Shown piece by piece: positions 1-9,647 of a DNA stretch of 64,000 nt. The notes beneath the pieces are model-generated. The model had not been told where the DNA came from. It saw nothing but the letters and a program-made list of their open reading frames with translations, and did no database searches. The position numbers were made by a program, and so were the translations under genes. Position 1 is the stretch's first letter. Each line of letters starts with the position of its first letter. Origin of the DNA: Candidatus Binatia bacterium (GTDB taxonomy: Bacteria > Desulfobacterota > Binatia > Bin18); the NCBI GenBank assembly GCA_963664395.2, contig OY761159.2, positions 2,592,001-2,656,000 of the forward strand, in the 5' to 3' direction.

Positions 1-377
1 TCGATCAGATGAAAGCCCTCGGCAAACCAGGTGGGGTATAGAAAGGCCTGGTCCACGCCCATGGCGTCCATGTCGGCCAGTCTGGCGTGCGGGTCTGACG
101 CGCCTGCGCTTTTGGCGTGCGGGGTATTGGGGTCGAGGTCGCCGACCTGGTCCCAGGTCATGCCCGGCTTCCAGATGGCATGACGGGGGATGTTCGGATT
201 CATGGGGTCGCGGAACATCTTGCCGTTGACCTTGAGATACGAGCCGTACTGGCCTTCCTCGCGCCACAGGGCCGTTTTGCCGAGCGTGCGGAACTCCGGT
301 TCCAGGTAGTCCTCCCAGACCGCCCGCGGCTCGACGACATGGCTGTCGCTATCAAAGACGGCAAACGGCCTGGTCAT
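1..377 (-). CDS. Amidohydrolase family protein (Amidohydro_2-like), N-terminal part; runs off the window start
   Basis: Not in the ORF track. Manual translation from the ATG at 377 gives MTRPFAVFDSDSHVVEPRAVWEDYLEPEF...DPHARLADMDAMGVDQAFLYPT (DxDxH metal motif, RLxDMDxxGxD motif). Start overlaps the upstream gene's stop (ATGA). Confidence 0.85.
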   Translation of the reverse strand, partial: MTRPFAVFDSDSHVVEPRAVWEDYLEPEFRTLGKTALWREEGQYGSYLKVNGKMFRDPMNPNIPRHAIWKPGMTWDQVGDLDPNTPHAKSAGASDPHARLADMDAMGVDQAFLYPTWFAEGFHLI

Positions 378-1816
378 ACCCGGTCTCCTTCAGCAGCGTG
401 GCCGTTGACCCGGTGGCCGCCTTCACCGTATGGCTGGACAACCGATGCTTCGGGTTCAAGTGCGTGTTGAATTTCCGTTTCAGACGGCCACCAGTCCGGG
501 CGTTCGATTTCCGTCACCCGTTCGCGGATGAAGGTCTGCGGGGTGTCGATATGATACAGCTTGCGGGCGTTTTCCCCGAGAAACTTCGTCTGATGGGACT
601 CGGGCAAATTGCACTCGCGCATCATCTCAAGCGCCCGCCAGGCATCATCGCCATCATGATGGTAGACATCCGAAGACCAGGCCAGAATATCGCCGTAAAA
701 CTCGGGCAAGCGCGACGGCGGGGATTCATCCCCCTCAAAGCCGGTCACGCAATGTTCGAAAAAGGTCTCGCTGGGGAGACGTTTGAGCGGCGGCAACTCA
801 CGCTCGTTGCGATACAGCCGGTAATTTTTATCGCACTCGTCCAACAGAAAACTCAGCCAGGTGGATGAGGCCTCAAACACCGCCGCATTAAGCTTGGGAT
901 ATTTCTCAAAAAAGCCCGACATCAGCACCATGACCACCCAGAGCGCCGCTTCGGACTGAAAGTTCTGGACGTTGGTCAAAAATTGATGCGGCAGGTTTGA
1001 GGTGACTACCGTGCGGGCAATCAACTCCGCCCCGGAATACTGGGCCGTATAGCCCGGAGGCTTGAGCGCGCCAAAGGCCGGGAAGGGGTGCATGCCGTAG
1101 ACCATGCCGGTCTCTTCCATGGCCTGCCAGACCGGCTCGTATTTGGGCTGAATGGGATAATTGCCCATGGCGTCAATCGGACGCACCAGACCGACTCGGC
1201 AGCCCTTTGCCGCCACCCGGTAGAGTTCCTCCACGGCAAAGACCGGGTCCTGCATGGGCAGCAGGGCGGCAAAAAAGATGCGCTCCGGGTCTGCCTGGCA
1301 ATACTCATACGCCCATTCGTTATACGCCTTGCACATGGCCTTGGCCCCGACTGCGTTTTGCAACCAGGGATAGGTGTCGATATCGGTCGGGATAATCATC
1401 ACCTGGTCTATGCCCTGCACGTCCATGTCGCGCAGGCGGGCCTTAGGTTCATACGAGCCCTTGTGGTCCAGATAGGCGGCCTGCTCCTGAGAGATCGCCG
1501 TCTCCGGGTGCAGATTGCGCACATTGAGAGCGCGCTGAATGTTATGCTTGAGTCCCGGCCCGGCCAGCGAAAGGATATTCACAACGCCGGGTGTGCCGCC
1601 GATGCGTTGCGAGCCCAGGCCCGCGCCGGCATGGCCGTTGACAATGAGCTGTTTGGTGTCTTGGTCAAACCACATCGTGGTCTTGAGCGCTGCCAACTCA
1701 TCTTGTGTCAGCCAGTCCTTGGCCCGCTCCCAGATCCAGGGCGGCTCGGTGACGTGGGCATCGCAGTCAAAGGTTGGAAAATCCTTTGTCATTGGCGTGA
1801 ATTTCTGGGTCGGCAT
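374..1816 (-). CDS. Amidohydrolase family protein (Amidohydro_2-like)
   Basis: 480 aa; FDCDAHVTEP, RLRDMDVQGIDQ, GMHPF, WSSDVYHHD and FLGENARKLY motifs; GAAGGAGG RBS upstream. Confidence 0.9.
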   Translation of the reverse strand: MPTQKFTPMTKDFPTFDCDAHVTEPPWIWERAKDWLTQDELAALKTTMWFDQDTKQLIVNGHAGAGLGSQRIGGTPGVVNILSLAGPGLKHNIQRALNVRNLHPETAISQEQAAYLDHKGSYEPKARLRDMDVQGIDQVMIIPTDIDTYPWLQNAVGAKAMCKAYNEWAYEYCQADPERIFFAALLPMQDPVFAVEELYRVAAKGCRVGLVRPIDAMGNYPIQPKYEPVWQAMEETGMVYGMHPFPAFGALKPPGYTAQYSGAELIARTVVTSNLPHQFLTNVQNFQSEAALWVVMVLMSGFFEKYPKLNAAVFEASSTWLSFLLDECDKNYRLYRNERELPPLKRLPSETFFEHCVTGFEGDESPPSRLPEFYGDILAWSSDVYHHDGDDAWRALEMMRECNLPESHQTKFLGENARKLYHIDTPQTFIRERVTEIERPDWWPSETEIQHALEPEASVVQPYGEGGHRVNGHAAEGDRV

Positions 1817-1817
1817 A
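1749..1817. repeat. 69-bp exact direct repeat, copy 1 (5' end of the amidohydrolase gene)
   Basis: gtgacgtgggcatcgcagtcaaagg...ctgggtcggcata is identical to 6027-6095. Confidence 0.95.
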
Positions 1818-1938
1818 TTCTTCCTCCTTCTTTGTATTCGGACCGGACGCGCGACTCAGTGCGCTACGCGAAAAGAGCAACACCTGCTTCCAGCCGGGTT
1901 TCCATTGTATTGTCAACATCCTGAGAAACTTGTCAATC

Positions 1939-2480
1939 TCGAAGCGGTCTCATAAAGAGCAGCGGCGCAAGATGAGGATACAGCCGAGGTGGACGAAGCC
2001 CAGAGAGTTGGCGGGCTGATACTCAAAGCGGGTCAGGATACGGCGATAGTTTTGCAGCCAGGCAAACAACGCCCGACTTTCGCCCGACCCCAATCAAGCG
2101 GTGGGGTTGGGCGGCGGTGAGCCGCCGGGCGAGAGTGGCCGGGACCAGGGTGACTTCATACGGTGCAGCAGAGGCCGTGTGGACGGCGCCAGGCAGACCC
2201 TGGCGGTCTGCCACCGCCATGAGCTTCGTCCCTTTGCCCCGCTTGGTCGCTCCCCCGTCCGTTTTTTTCGCTACGATGAAGGGGCATCGCTGAAACACTC
2301 GCTCAGGTCCAACTCGCCCCGCGTCCGTACATCCTCGGCCAGCGCCTCCAAGACGCCCCGCAGGACGCCCGCCCGCACCCACTGCTGGAAGCGGCGAGGG
2401 CACGTCTGGTATGGGGGAAACCGCTCCGGTCAGTCCTGCCCCCGCGCCCCCGAGCGGAGAATCCACAAAATCCCACCGTG
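1939..2480 (-). mobile_element. Degraded IS5-family (IS427-like) insertion sequence remnant
   Basis: Minus strand carries orfA-like [36 protein letters not shown] (internal stop), an A7 run at the orfA/orfB junction, orfB-like TKRGKGTKLMAVADRQGLP and a C-terminal LFAWLQNYRRILTRFEY..GFVHLGCILI segment after an internal deletion. A terminal-IR-like sequence gaagcggtctcataaa lies near 1941. Boundaries approximate. Confidence 0.8.
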
Positions 2481-2610
2481 TCGTAATTTCCTCCCATTTT
2501 GGAGGCGCCAGAAGCGGCCGGACTGTGTAGTGTTTTGTCGGCGGCGGGTGATGCCGCATCAGTCCGGTCCGGCGAGACCAGGGTGCCGAGGGGCACGTAA
2601 GGGAGAGACG

Positions 2611-5600
2611 ATGGTACACGACCAGCGAATCCAGCGAAGGGCGTCCTATTTTGCACTGCGGACTACGGAAGGGGGCCGAGGCGGCTGGTCCGTTGGCGGG
2701 CTGGGGGTGGTGCTGTTCCTGCTGGCGGCCTTCGTGGTGCCCTCTAGCGGAGTAGAGGGGGAGCCGCGGGGGGTGGTCGAGAATCCGGGGGCCAACTCGT
2801 ATCAGAGTGGGATTGGCCTCATTTCGGGCTGGGTGTGTGCGGCCGACTTAGTGGAGATTGAGATTGGGGACTTTCTGCCGCAAGCGGCTGCGTATGGCAC
2901 CGAGCGAATGGACACGGCCGGGGTGTGTGGGGACGCGGACAACGGCTTTGGCTTACTCTTCAACTGGAACCTGCTGGGGGCCGGCGAGCATACGGTACGG
3001 GTGCTGGCCGATGGGGAAGAGGTTGGGCAAGCGACCTTCACGGTGACGACGCTGGACGCGGAGTTTCTGAGCGGGGCTGAGGGGGAATGTGTGGCCGAGG
3101 ACTTCCCGGCGATGGGCCGGACCGTGACCTTGGAATGGCAACAGACCAGTCAGAATTTTGTGATCGCGGGCGGGAGTGCCCCGGCAAGGGCTCACACCGG
3201 CACCCGGCCGAGTGGTCTGACGGGGTATCTGGAGAATCCGGGGGCCAATTCGTATCAGAGTGGCATCGGAGTGATTTCGGGCTGGGTGTGTGACGCCGAC
3301 ACAGTCGAGATTGAAATTGGGACCACCGGGCGGCAGGCGGCCGCGTATGGGACCGAGCGGCTCGATACGGAGTCGATGTGTGGCGATATGGACAATGGCT
3401 TTGGGTTGTTGTTCAACTGGAATCTGTTGGGCGAGGGCGAGCATGAGGTGGTGGCATGGGTGGATGGCCTTGAGTTGGGGCGGGCCACGGTGCGGGTGAC
3501 GACGCTGGGGGCGGAGTTTCTGCGGGATGTGGAGGGGGCATGTATGGTCGAGGACTTCCCGGATATGGGACAGACCGTGACCTTGGAATGGCAACAGACC
3601 AGTCAGAACTTCGTGATTGCCGGGTATGAGGCGGTGGACGAGGGCGGTACGCCGTCCGAGGAGCCGCGCGGGTCGGCAACGGGAGGCGGGTCGGCAACGG
3701 GAGGCGGGTCGTCAACGGGGGGCGGGTCGTCGCCGAGGAGTGTGAGCGAGCCGGCAGGCGGGGACTTGCCGAAGCATACGGGTACCACGGGGCGACTGGT
3801 CGCCGGGCAGGCGGTGACGGGACGGTTTCACTCCATAGAGGACGGAGACTGGTTTGCCGTAGACCTGAAGCGGGGCTACCAGTACGAGTTCCAGATCAGA
3901 GCTGGAGAGACCAACCCGTCTGACATCCCGAGCATACAAGGACTGTATGACGATGTCGGGCGGACCATTGGATGGACGCAGGTTGTCTCAGGCCGGAGGC
4001 AGATGAGTTTCACGGCCCTGCGGACCGGGCGCTACTATATTGGCCTCATTACTATCGACAGTGTGCCTTCCAATAGAGAGGGCATCGGCACCTACGTGTT
4101 GACGCTAACGGCCGAGGCGGGGACGCTGCCACCCGCGCCGCCGCCACCCGACGACTATGGGGAGGCGATGGATGACACGACGGCGCAGCTCCCGGTGGGA
4201 GGGTCGGTGACGGGCGTCCTCAACTATGTGGACGACCTGACCTATGGATACGATCATGATGTGTTTGCCATGGAGTTGGTAGCGGACCAGACTTACCGGA
4301 TTGATATAAGACGGACCACGGGCGGAGCCCGGCTCGACCTGCGGGGGATCTACGATGCGCAGGGCAGGCAGATTCCCGGCACAGCGGAGGCCGACTATTT
4401 GTTGAGCTATCCGCATACCCGCCAGTGGTTCACGGCGACGACGACCGGCCGGCATTACATTGTAGTGAGCAGCCACAGCGCTCCCTTTTACTCCGGTGGC
4501 CTCGGCCCGGTGCACCCGACCGAGGATTATCGGCTGTCGGTCGCAGACATGGAGCCCTCCGACGACTATACGGCGGACCCCATGACAACGGGGCGGGTGA
4601 CGGTGGGCGGTTCGGTGACGGGCCGATTTGAGCAACCGCGGGATGAGGACTGGTTTGCGGTAGACCTGGAGGCCGCCAGGACCTACCGAATCGATTTGAC
4701 GAGAGAACCCGAGCAGCAGGGATACTCCCCTTTTGGGTTAGACCCCTATTTGGCCGGGGTCTACGCTGCTGCGAGCACCCGTCTGCCCAACACGACAAAT
4801 GACGATGGGGGAGCTTACAAGAATGCGCAGGTGTTTGTGACGCCGTCTGTAACGAGGACCTATTATATTGCGGCGCGCAGTAAGTATGGCGACGGGGAAT
4901 ATGAGCTGGCGGTGGTCGATGAGACGGATGTGCCGGCGAATACGAGTACACGGAAGCAGGTGCAGGTGGGCGGCTCGGTGTCGAGCAAGATCGCAAATGA
5001 TGCCGATGTGGATTGGTTTGCGGTAGAGTTCGTGGCGGGCCAGACCTATCGGATTGACCAAAATCTCGGCGGCCCCTGGTGGAGCCCGGATCTGAAGGGG
5101 ATTCACGATGCGCAGGGCACGCTGCTTGCCAACGACGACTATTTTATGGTCCCGTATTCCGCCGTCCGGCAGTGGTTCACGGCTACCACGACGGGCAAGC
5201 ACTATATTGCGGCGGGCGGTTTCTTGGCATTCATAAATGAGAAAACGGGCACCTATACGCTGTCGGTGGTGGCCATGGTCCCACCAGACGACTATGCAGC
5301 CGATACGACGACGACGGGGCGGGTGACGGTCGGGGCCACAGTGACGGGCCGCTTTGAGCGCCAGTACGATGAGGACTGGTGGGCGGCTGAGTTGCTGGAT
5401 GGCAGAACCTACCGAATCGATCTGACCCGCGAGGACTTTATCTGGACGAGTTCGATAAGTGGCTATTACAACCCCCTGAAGACCAAAATAGCCGGAGTTT
5501 ACACGGCCGAGAGCGTCTTGCTGCCCAACACCACAAAGGACAGCCCGAGCTCCCCTTCGGATCTGCGGGTGTCGGTGACGTCGTCGGAATCGGGGACGTA

Positions 5601-6030
5601 TTACATTGCGGCCCGCAGTGCTCATGGGGAAGGGGAGTACAAGTTGAAGGTCGTACCCGCCACGGACGACTATGCATCCAACAAGATGACGACGGGGCGG
5701 GTAACGGTGGGAGGCTCGGTAATGGGCGAGATTGGAGCGGCCAACGATTTGGATTGGATCGCAGTCACCCTCGAAGCCGGAACGTCTTACCAGATCGATC
5801 TGGAAGGCGTAGACACGGGTCAAGGAACCCTTCCAGATCCCTACCTGAAAGGGGTCCACGACGCGGATGGCAACTGGATTGCCGGCACTCGGGACCTTGA
5901 CAGTGGCGAAGGGCTCAACAGTCGCATTCAGTTCACCCCGCAGGCCCCCGGAACCTATTATATTAGCGTCGACGCCCTTCCGTCTAGAATCAGAACCGGA
6001 AGCTACCGGCTGTCGGTGACGGCTGTGTGA
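2611..6030 (+). CDS. Large secreted repeat protein: signal/TM segment, two ~150-aa uncharacterised repeats, six PPC-like beta-sandwich modules
   Basis: The ORF-track start (2101) overlaps the IS remnant; the ATG at 2611 has an AAGGGAG RBS (1139 aa). Hydrophobic LGVVLFLLAAFVV; two ENPGANSYQSGIG.ISGWVC...DNGFGLLFNWNLLG repeats; six DDY..TTGRVTVGGSVTG..D.DWFAV.L..G.TYRIDL modules. Confidence 0.85.
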   Translation: MVHDQRIQRRASYFALRTTEGGRGGWSVGGLGVVLFLLAAFVVPSSGVEGEPRGVVENPGANSYQSGIGLISGWVCAADLVEIEIGDFLPQAAAYGTERMDTAGVCGDADNGFGLLFNWNLLGAGEHTVRVLADGEEVGQATFTVTTLDAEFLSGAEGECVAEDFPAMGRTVTLEWQQTSQNFVIAGGSAPARAHTGTRPSGLTGYLENPGANSYQSGIGVISGWVCDADTVEIEIGTTGRQAAAYGTERLDTESMCGDMDNGFGLLFNWNLLGEGEHEVVAWVDGLELGRATVRVTTLGAEFLRDVEGACMVEDFPDMGQTVTLEWQQTSQNFVIAGYEAVDEGGTPSEEPRGSATGGGSATGGGSSTGGGSSPRSVSEPAGGDLPKHTGTTGRLVAGQAVTGRFHSIEDGDWFAVDLKRGYQYEFQIRAGETNPSDIPSIQGLYDDVGRTIGWTQVVSGRRQMSFTALRTGRYYIGLITIDSVPSNREGIGTYVLTLTAEAGTLPPAPPPPDDYGEAMDDTTAQLPVGGSVTGVLNYVDDLTYGYDHDVFAMELVADQTYRIDIRRTTGGARLDLRGIYDAQGRQIPGTAEADYLLSYPHTRQWFTATTTGRHYIVVSSHSAPFYSGGLGPVHPTEDYRLSVADMEPSDDYTADPMTTGRVTVGGSVTGRFEQPRDEDWFAVDLEAARTYRIDLTREPEQQGYSPFGLDPYLAGVYAAASTRLPNTTNDDGGAYKNAQVFVTPSVTRTYYIAARSKYGDGEYELAVVDETDVPANTSTRKQVQVGGSVSSKIANDADVDWFAVEFVAGQTYRIDQNLGGPWWSPDLKGIHDAQGTLLANDDYFMVPYSAVRQWFTATTTGKHYIAAGGFLAFINEKTGTYTLSVVAMVPPDDYAADTTTTGRVTVGATVTGRFERQYDEDWWAAELLDGRTYRIDLTREDFIWTSSISGYYNPLKTKIAGVYTAESVLLPNTTKDSPSSPSDLRVSVTSSESGTYYIAARSAHGEGEYKLKVVPATDDYASNKMTTGRVTVGGSVMGEIGAANDLDWIAVTLEAGTSYQIDLEGVDTGQGTLPDPYLKGVHDADGNWIAGTRDLDSGEGLNSRIQFTPQAPGTYYISVDALPSRIRTGSYRLSVTAV
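2779..3623 (+). repeat. Intragenic tandem duplication (453-bp period) of the N-terminal ENPG..SGIG..SGWVC domain
   Basis: gagaatccgggggccaa at 2779 and 3232; shared accgtgaccttggaatggcaacagaccagtcagaa block in both units. Confidence 0.85.
3670..3732 (+). repeat. 18-bp coding tandem repeat (GSATGG/GSSTGG linker), about 3.5 units
   Basis: gggtcggcaacgggaggc x2, then a variant gggtcgtcaacggggggc, then a partial unit. Confidence 0.8.
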
Positions 6031-6095
6031 CGTGGGCATCGCAGTCAAAGGTTGGAAAATCCTTTGTCATTGGCGTGAATTTCTGGGTCGGCATA
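6027..6095. repeat. 69-bp exact direct repeat, copy 2 (orphan 5' end of the amidohydrolase with its own RBS)
   Basis: Identical to 1749-1817. On the minus strand, GAAGGAGGG plus ATG reads MPTQKFTPMTKDFPTFDCDAHVT and then diverges and stops. Contains the TGA (6028-6030) of the repeat-protein gene. Confidence 0.95.
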
Positions 6096-6346
6096 CATTC
6101 CCTCCTTCAGGATATTGGTATCAAGAACGGCTTTCGGCGCGCTCCCACAATCGTGCTCCCATAGTCCGGCCAACATACAGCGATAGCGGACAATACTCAA
6201 ACCTGTTTTCTCTTCATCCTTCCAGAAATCCTTCAGGAGGACGGGGAAAAACCTGACTTGCCCAAGCCCGTTGATTACCATACCTTGCTACATTCTTCAG
6301 GACAGCCATTTGAGGCTGTCGGAGAAACCTGAAACGGGAGGTCAAG

Positions 6347-7810
6347 ATGAAACAGCGAACGCGAAAACGCCTTGTGATTATCGGTGCCGGCTCAGCCGGC
6401 CTGTGCATGGGCGTGCAGTTGAAAAAAGCCGGTATCGACGATTTTGTCATCCTGGAAAAAGGCGGTGGCATAGGCGGCACCTGGTGGCGCAACTCCTACC
6501 CCGGTGCCGAGTGTGATGTCCAATCACACCTGTATTCATTTTCGTTTGCACAAAAAAACGACTGGTCCAAACCCTTTGCCGGGCAGGCCGAGATACTGGA
6601 ATATCTCAACCGCATTGCCGACACCTACGGCCTGCGGGCGCATATCCAACTCAATACCCCGGTTCAGTCGGTCCACTGGCAGGACGAAAGTGCGCGCTGG
6701 CTGGTTGGCACGGAATCCGGCGAGGAATTTGAAGCCCACGTCGTGGTCAGTGCCCTGGGCATGTTCAACAATCTGGTGTGGCCGTCCATTCCCGGCAGGG
6801 AGGACTTTCAGGGCACGGCCTTTCATTCGGCGGGTTGGGATCACCGCCATGATCTGACCGGCAAACGGGTGGGTGTGATCGGCATTGCCGCCAGTGCGAT
6901 TCAATTTGTCCCCGAAATCGCTCCCCAGGTCGAACAGCTATGTTTGTTTCAACGCACCGCAAACTGGGTTGTGCCCAAAGGCAACACGCCGTACACACAA
7001 GAACAGCTCGAATACTTTCGTCAAAATCCGAGCGTGGTCCGGGAGAATCGAGCCGAAATCTATCAGACCTGGAATACGATCTGCACATTTAATGATAAAA
7101 AAGTGCTGGCCGAGATCGAACGGGCCGGCCTGGAACGGCTCGCCGTTGTTGAAGATCCCGACGTGCGCCGCAAACTGACGCCGACCCATCCCTTCGGCTG
7201 CAAACGCCCCTTGTTTTCCGACGTATACTACCCTGTTTTCAATCGCCCCAACGTCGAACTCCTGACCAAAACCATTGAGAAAATCACGCCAAACTCGATT
7301 GTCACCCGAGACGGTCAGGCGCGCGAGCTCGACACCATCATCTACTCAACCGGTTTTGAGACCACCACCTATCTGACCGCCCTGGATGTCACCGGGCGTG
7401 ACGGCCTGCGTCTCAACGACGCCTGGAGCGATGGCGCCCAAGCCTACCTGGGCATGACGACCACCGGCTTTCCGAACCTCTTCATGCTGTATGGTCCGAA
7501 TACCAACCAGGGCTCGATTCTGTTCATGCTGGAGTGTCAGTGTGACTACATCATGCGCCAGCTCAAGCGGATCGACGACGAGCAGCTCGCCTGGATAGAT
7601 ATTCGCCCGGATGTCATGCAGGATTTCAACGCTCAATTGCAGCGCGACATCAGCGCCGTGGATGTCTGGCAGGCGGATTGTGGCAACGATTTTTACTATC
7701 GCTCCCGGTCCGGCCGTTTCGTGACCAACTGGCCCCATTCCATGGACGAGTTCACCGCGCGGACGACGCAGCCGGACGGTGATGCCTATGAGGTCCGGGC
7801 CGCGAACTGA
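6347..7810 (+). CDS. Flavin-containing (Baeyer-Villiger-type) monooxygenase
   Basis: Two Rossmann-type motifs (GAGSAG, GIAASA), GGTWWRNSYPGAECD, and the fingerprint FQGTAFHSAGWD (FxGxxxHxxxW[P/D]). Confidence 0.92.
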   Translation: MKQRTRKRLVIIGAGSAGLCMGVQLKKAGIDDFVILEKGGGIGGTWWRNSYPGAECDVQSHLYSFSFAQKNDWSKPFAGQAEILEYLNRIADTYGLRAHIQLNTPVQSVHWQDESARWLVGTESGEEFEAHVVVSALGMFNNLVWPSIPGREDFQGTAFHSAGWDHRHDLTGKRVGVIGIAASAIQFVPEIAPQVEQLCLFQRTANWVVPKGNTPYTQEQLEYFRQNPSVVRENRAEIYQTWNTICTFNDKKVLAEIERAGLERLAVVEDPDVRRKLTPTHPFGCKRPLFSDVYYPVFNRPNVELLTKTIEKITPNSIVTRDGQARELDTIIYSTGFETTTYLTALDVTGRDGLRLNDAWSDGAQAYLGMTTTGFPNLFMLYGPNTNQGSILFMLECQCDYIMRQLKRIDDEQLAWIDIRPDVMQDFNAQLQRDISAVDVWQADCGNDFYYRSRSGRFVTNWPHSMDEFTARTTQPDGDAYEVRAAN

Positions 7811-7877
7811 ACGAACTGAGCACATTGAACGAAAGAGTGCATGGCCGCACTCGCGGAAGAAGATGGAGAAGCACACT

Positions 7878-9530
7878 ATGACGGACATTCAGAACACCAC
7901 ACCTGACACGAACGCAATCTATCCGGTCAGCGCGGAGACCCTGCCCCATTTTGATGCGGTCGTGGTCGGTGCCGGCTTTGGCGGCATGTATATGCTGTAT
8001 AAACTCCGCGAGATGGGCTTCTCGGCCCGCGTGTTTGAGCGCGGCACGGATGTCGGCGGCACCTGGTATTGGAACCGCTATCCCGGCGCCCGCTGCGACG
8101 TGCCCAGCTTGCAGTATTCGTATCAGTTCTCGGAAGACCTTCAGCAGGAGTGGCAGTGGTCAAAAAAATTCTCCGATCAGTCTGAAATTCTGGCCTACGC
8201 CAACCACGTGGCGGATCGCTTTGATCTGCGTAAAGACATACAGTTCAACACCTCGCTTGAGCGGGCCGTCTATAACGAAGAGACCAACACCTGGACGCTG
8301 ACGACCGATACGGGCGAGCAGGTGTCCGCGACTTTTTGCATCATGGCCACCGGCTGTCTGTCGTCCAAGAACATCCCGAACTTTGCAGGCATCGAAGACT
8401 TCGAAGGCGAATGGTTTCACACCGGTAATTGGCCGCATGCAGGCGTCGATTTTACGGGCAAGCGCGTTGGCATTATCGGCACCGGCTCAACCGGCATTCA
8501 GGCCATTCCCGTCATTGCCGAGCAGGCCGGCCACCTGAGTGTCTTTCAGCGCACTCCGCAATACTCCGTGCCGCAGCGCAACCAGCCGACCGACCCGGAA
8601 GAAGAGGTACGGATCAAAGCGGATTACGCCGGCTTTCGCGCCCGCAACAACCGGCTGCCGCTGGCCATGGATATCAACCAATACCTGAACGCGCAGAAGA
8701 CCTTTGAGGTGAGCGACGTCGAGCGTGGGCGTGAATACGAAAGGCGCTGGCAGTTGGGCGGCATGTCGCTGCTGCTGGCCTACGCCGACTCGATGAACGA
8801 TGTTGAGGCCAATAATACGGTGGCCGACTTTATCAAGAAGAAGATTCAGGAAACGGTGCACGACCCCACGGTCGCCGAGGCGCTCCTGCCGGAGCATGTG
8901 TACGCGTGTAAGCGGCCGTGCATGGATACCCATTATTTTGAAACCTATAATCGGCCCAATGTGACCCTGGTCGATTGCCGCACGGTGGGAATTGAGCGGA
9001 TCACCAGGAAAGGCGTGCTGGTTGACGGCGTGGAGCACGAGCTTGATTGCCTCGTGTTTGCGACGGGCTTTGATGCCATGACCGGTTCGCTGCTGCGGAT
9101 TGATATTCGAGGCAGAAACAACCTGACCCTCCAAGAGAAATGGGCGGAAGGTCCGCGCAGTTATCTGGGGTTGGCGTCGGCCGGCTTTCCCAATCTGTTT
9201 ACCATCACGGGGCCGGGGAGTCCGTCTGTCCTGGCGAATATGATCCCAGGCATTGAGCAGCATGTGAATTGGATTGGGGCCTGTCTCGACTATATGCGCC
9301 ACCACCGCCACACAGCCATCGAAGCCACCGTCGAAGCCGAAGGCCCCTGGCATCTGCGCATACAGGAACTCGCTAATCAAACCTTGTGGAACGCGTGTGA
9401 CAACTGGTATCAAGGCGCCAACATTCCAGGGAAACCCCGGGTGTTCATGCCCTATGTGGATTGGGTGGATTATGTCGAACGCTGTGAACAGGTCGTCGAG
9501 AATGCCTACGAGGGCTTCGTCCTGAGCTGA
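7878..9530 (+). CDS. Baeyer-Villiger monooxygenase (cyclohexanone/phenylacetone/steroid monooxygenase-like)
   Basis: GAGFGG, GGTWYWNRYPGARCD, FEGEWFHTGNWP, GTGSTG, ATGFDA; start moved to ATG 7878 (GGAGA RBS). Confidence 0.93.
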   Translation: MTDIQNTTPDTNAIYPVSAETLPHFDAVVVGAGFGGMYMLYKLREMGFSARVFERGTDVGGTWYWNRYPGARCDVPSLQYSYQFSEDLQQEWQWSKKFSDQSEILAYANHVADRFDLRKDIQFNTSLERAVYNEETNTWTLTTDTGEQVSATFCIMATGCLSSKNIPNFAGIEDFEGEWFHTGNWPHAGVDFTGKRVGIIGTGSTGIQAIPVIAEQAGHLSVFQRTPQYSVPQRNQPTDPEEEVRIKADYAGFRARNNRLPLAMDINQYLNAQKTFEVSDVERGREYERRWQLGGMSLLLAYADSMNDVEANNTVADFIKKKIQETVHDPTVAEALLPEHVYACKRPCMDTHYFETYNRPNVTLVDCRTVGIERITRKGVLVDGVEHELDCLVFATGFDAMTGSLLRIDIRGRNNLTLQEKWAEGPRSYLGLASAGFPNLFTITGPGSPSVLANMIPGIEQHVNWIGACLDYMRHHRHTAIEATVEAEGPWHLRIQELANQTLWNACDNWYQGANIPGKPRVFMPYVDWVDYVERCEQVVENAYEGFVLS

Positions 9531-9587
9531 GCAGCCCGATGGAGAAAAACAGCCACCGGCTCTCGCCGAGGGCCGGCCGCTCCTGTC

Positions 9588-9605
9588 TCCCCTCCCAAGA
9601 GGGGA
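9588..9605. repeat. Short REP-like hairpin between convergent genes
   Basis: tcccctc-ccaa-gagggga; related to the element at 52727. Confidence 0.5.
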
Positions 9606-9647
9606 TTATTTGAGGCTATCCGCGGGCTTGCAGGAAGACTGATTCCG

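Noticed and set aside
2101-2610. N-terminal 170 aa of the 1309-aa ORF
   Set aside because: Open frame on the antisense strand of the IS5 remnant; the RBS and signal-like segment point to ATG 2611.
3733-6030. Diversity-generating retroelement target
   Set aside because: No reverse transcriptase and no near-identical TR/VR pair differing only at adenines in this window.
4738-6048. 436-aa minus-strand ORF starting inside the 69-bp repeat
   Set aside because: Antisense shadow of the repeat protein and not in frame with the duplicated amidohydrolase start, which stops after about 34 codons.
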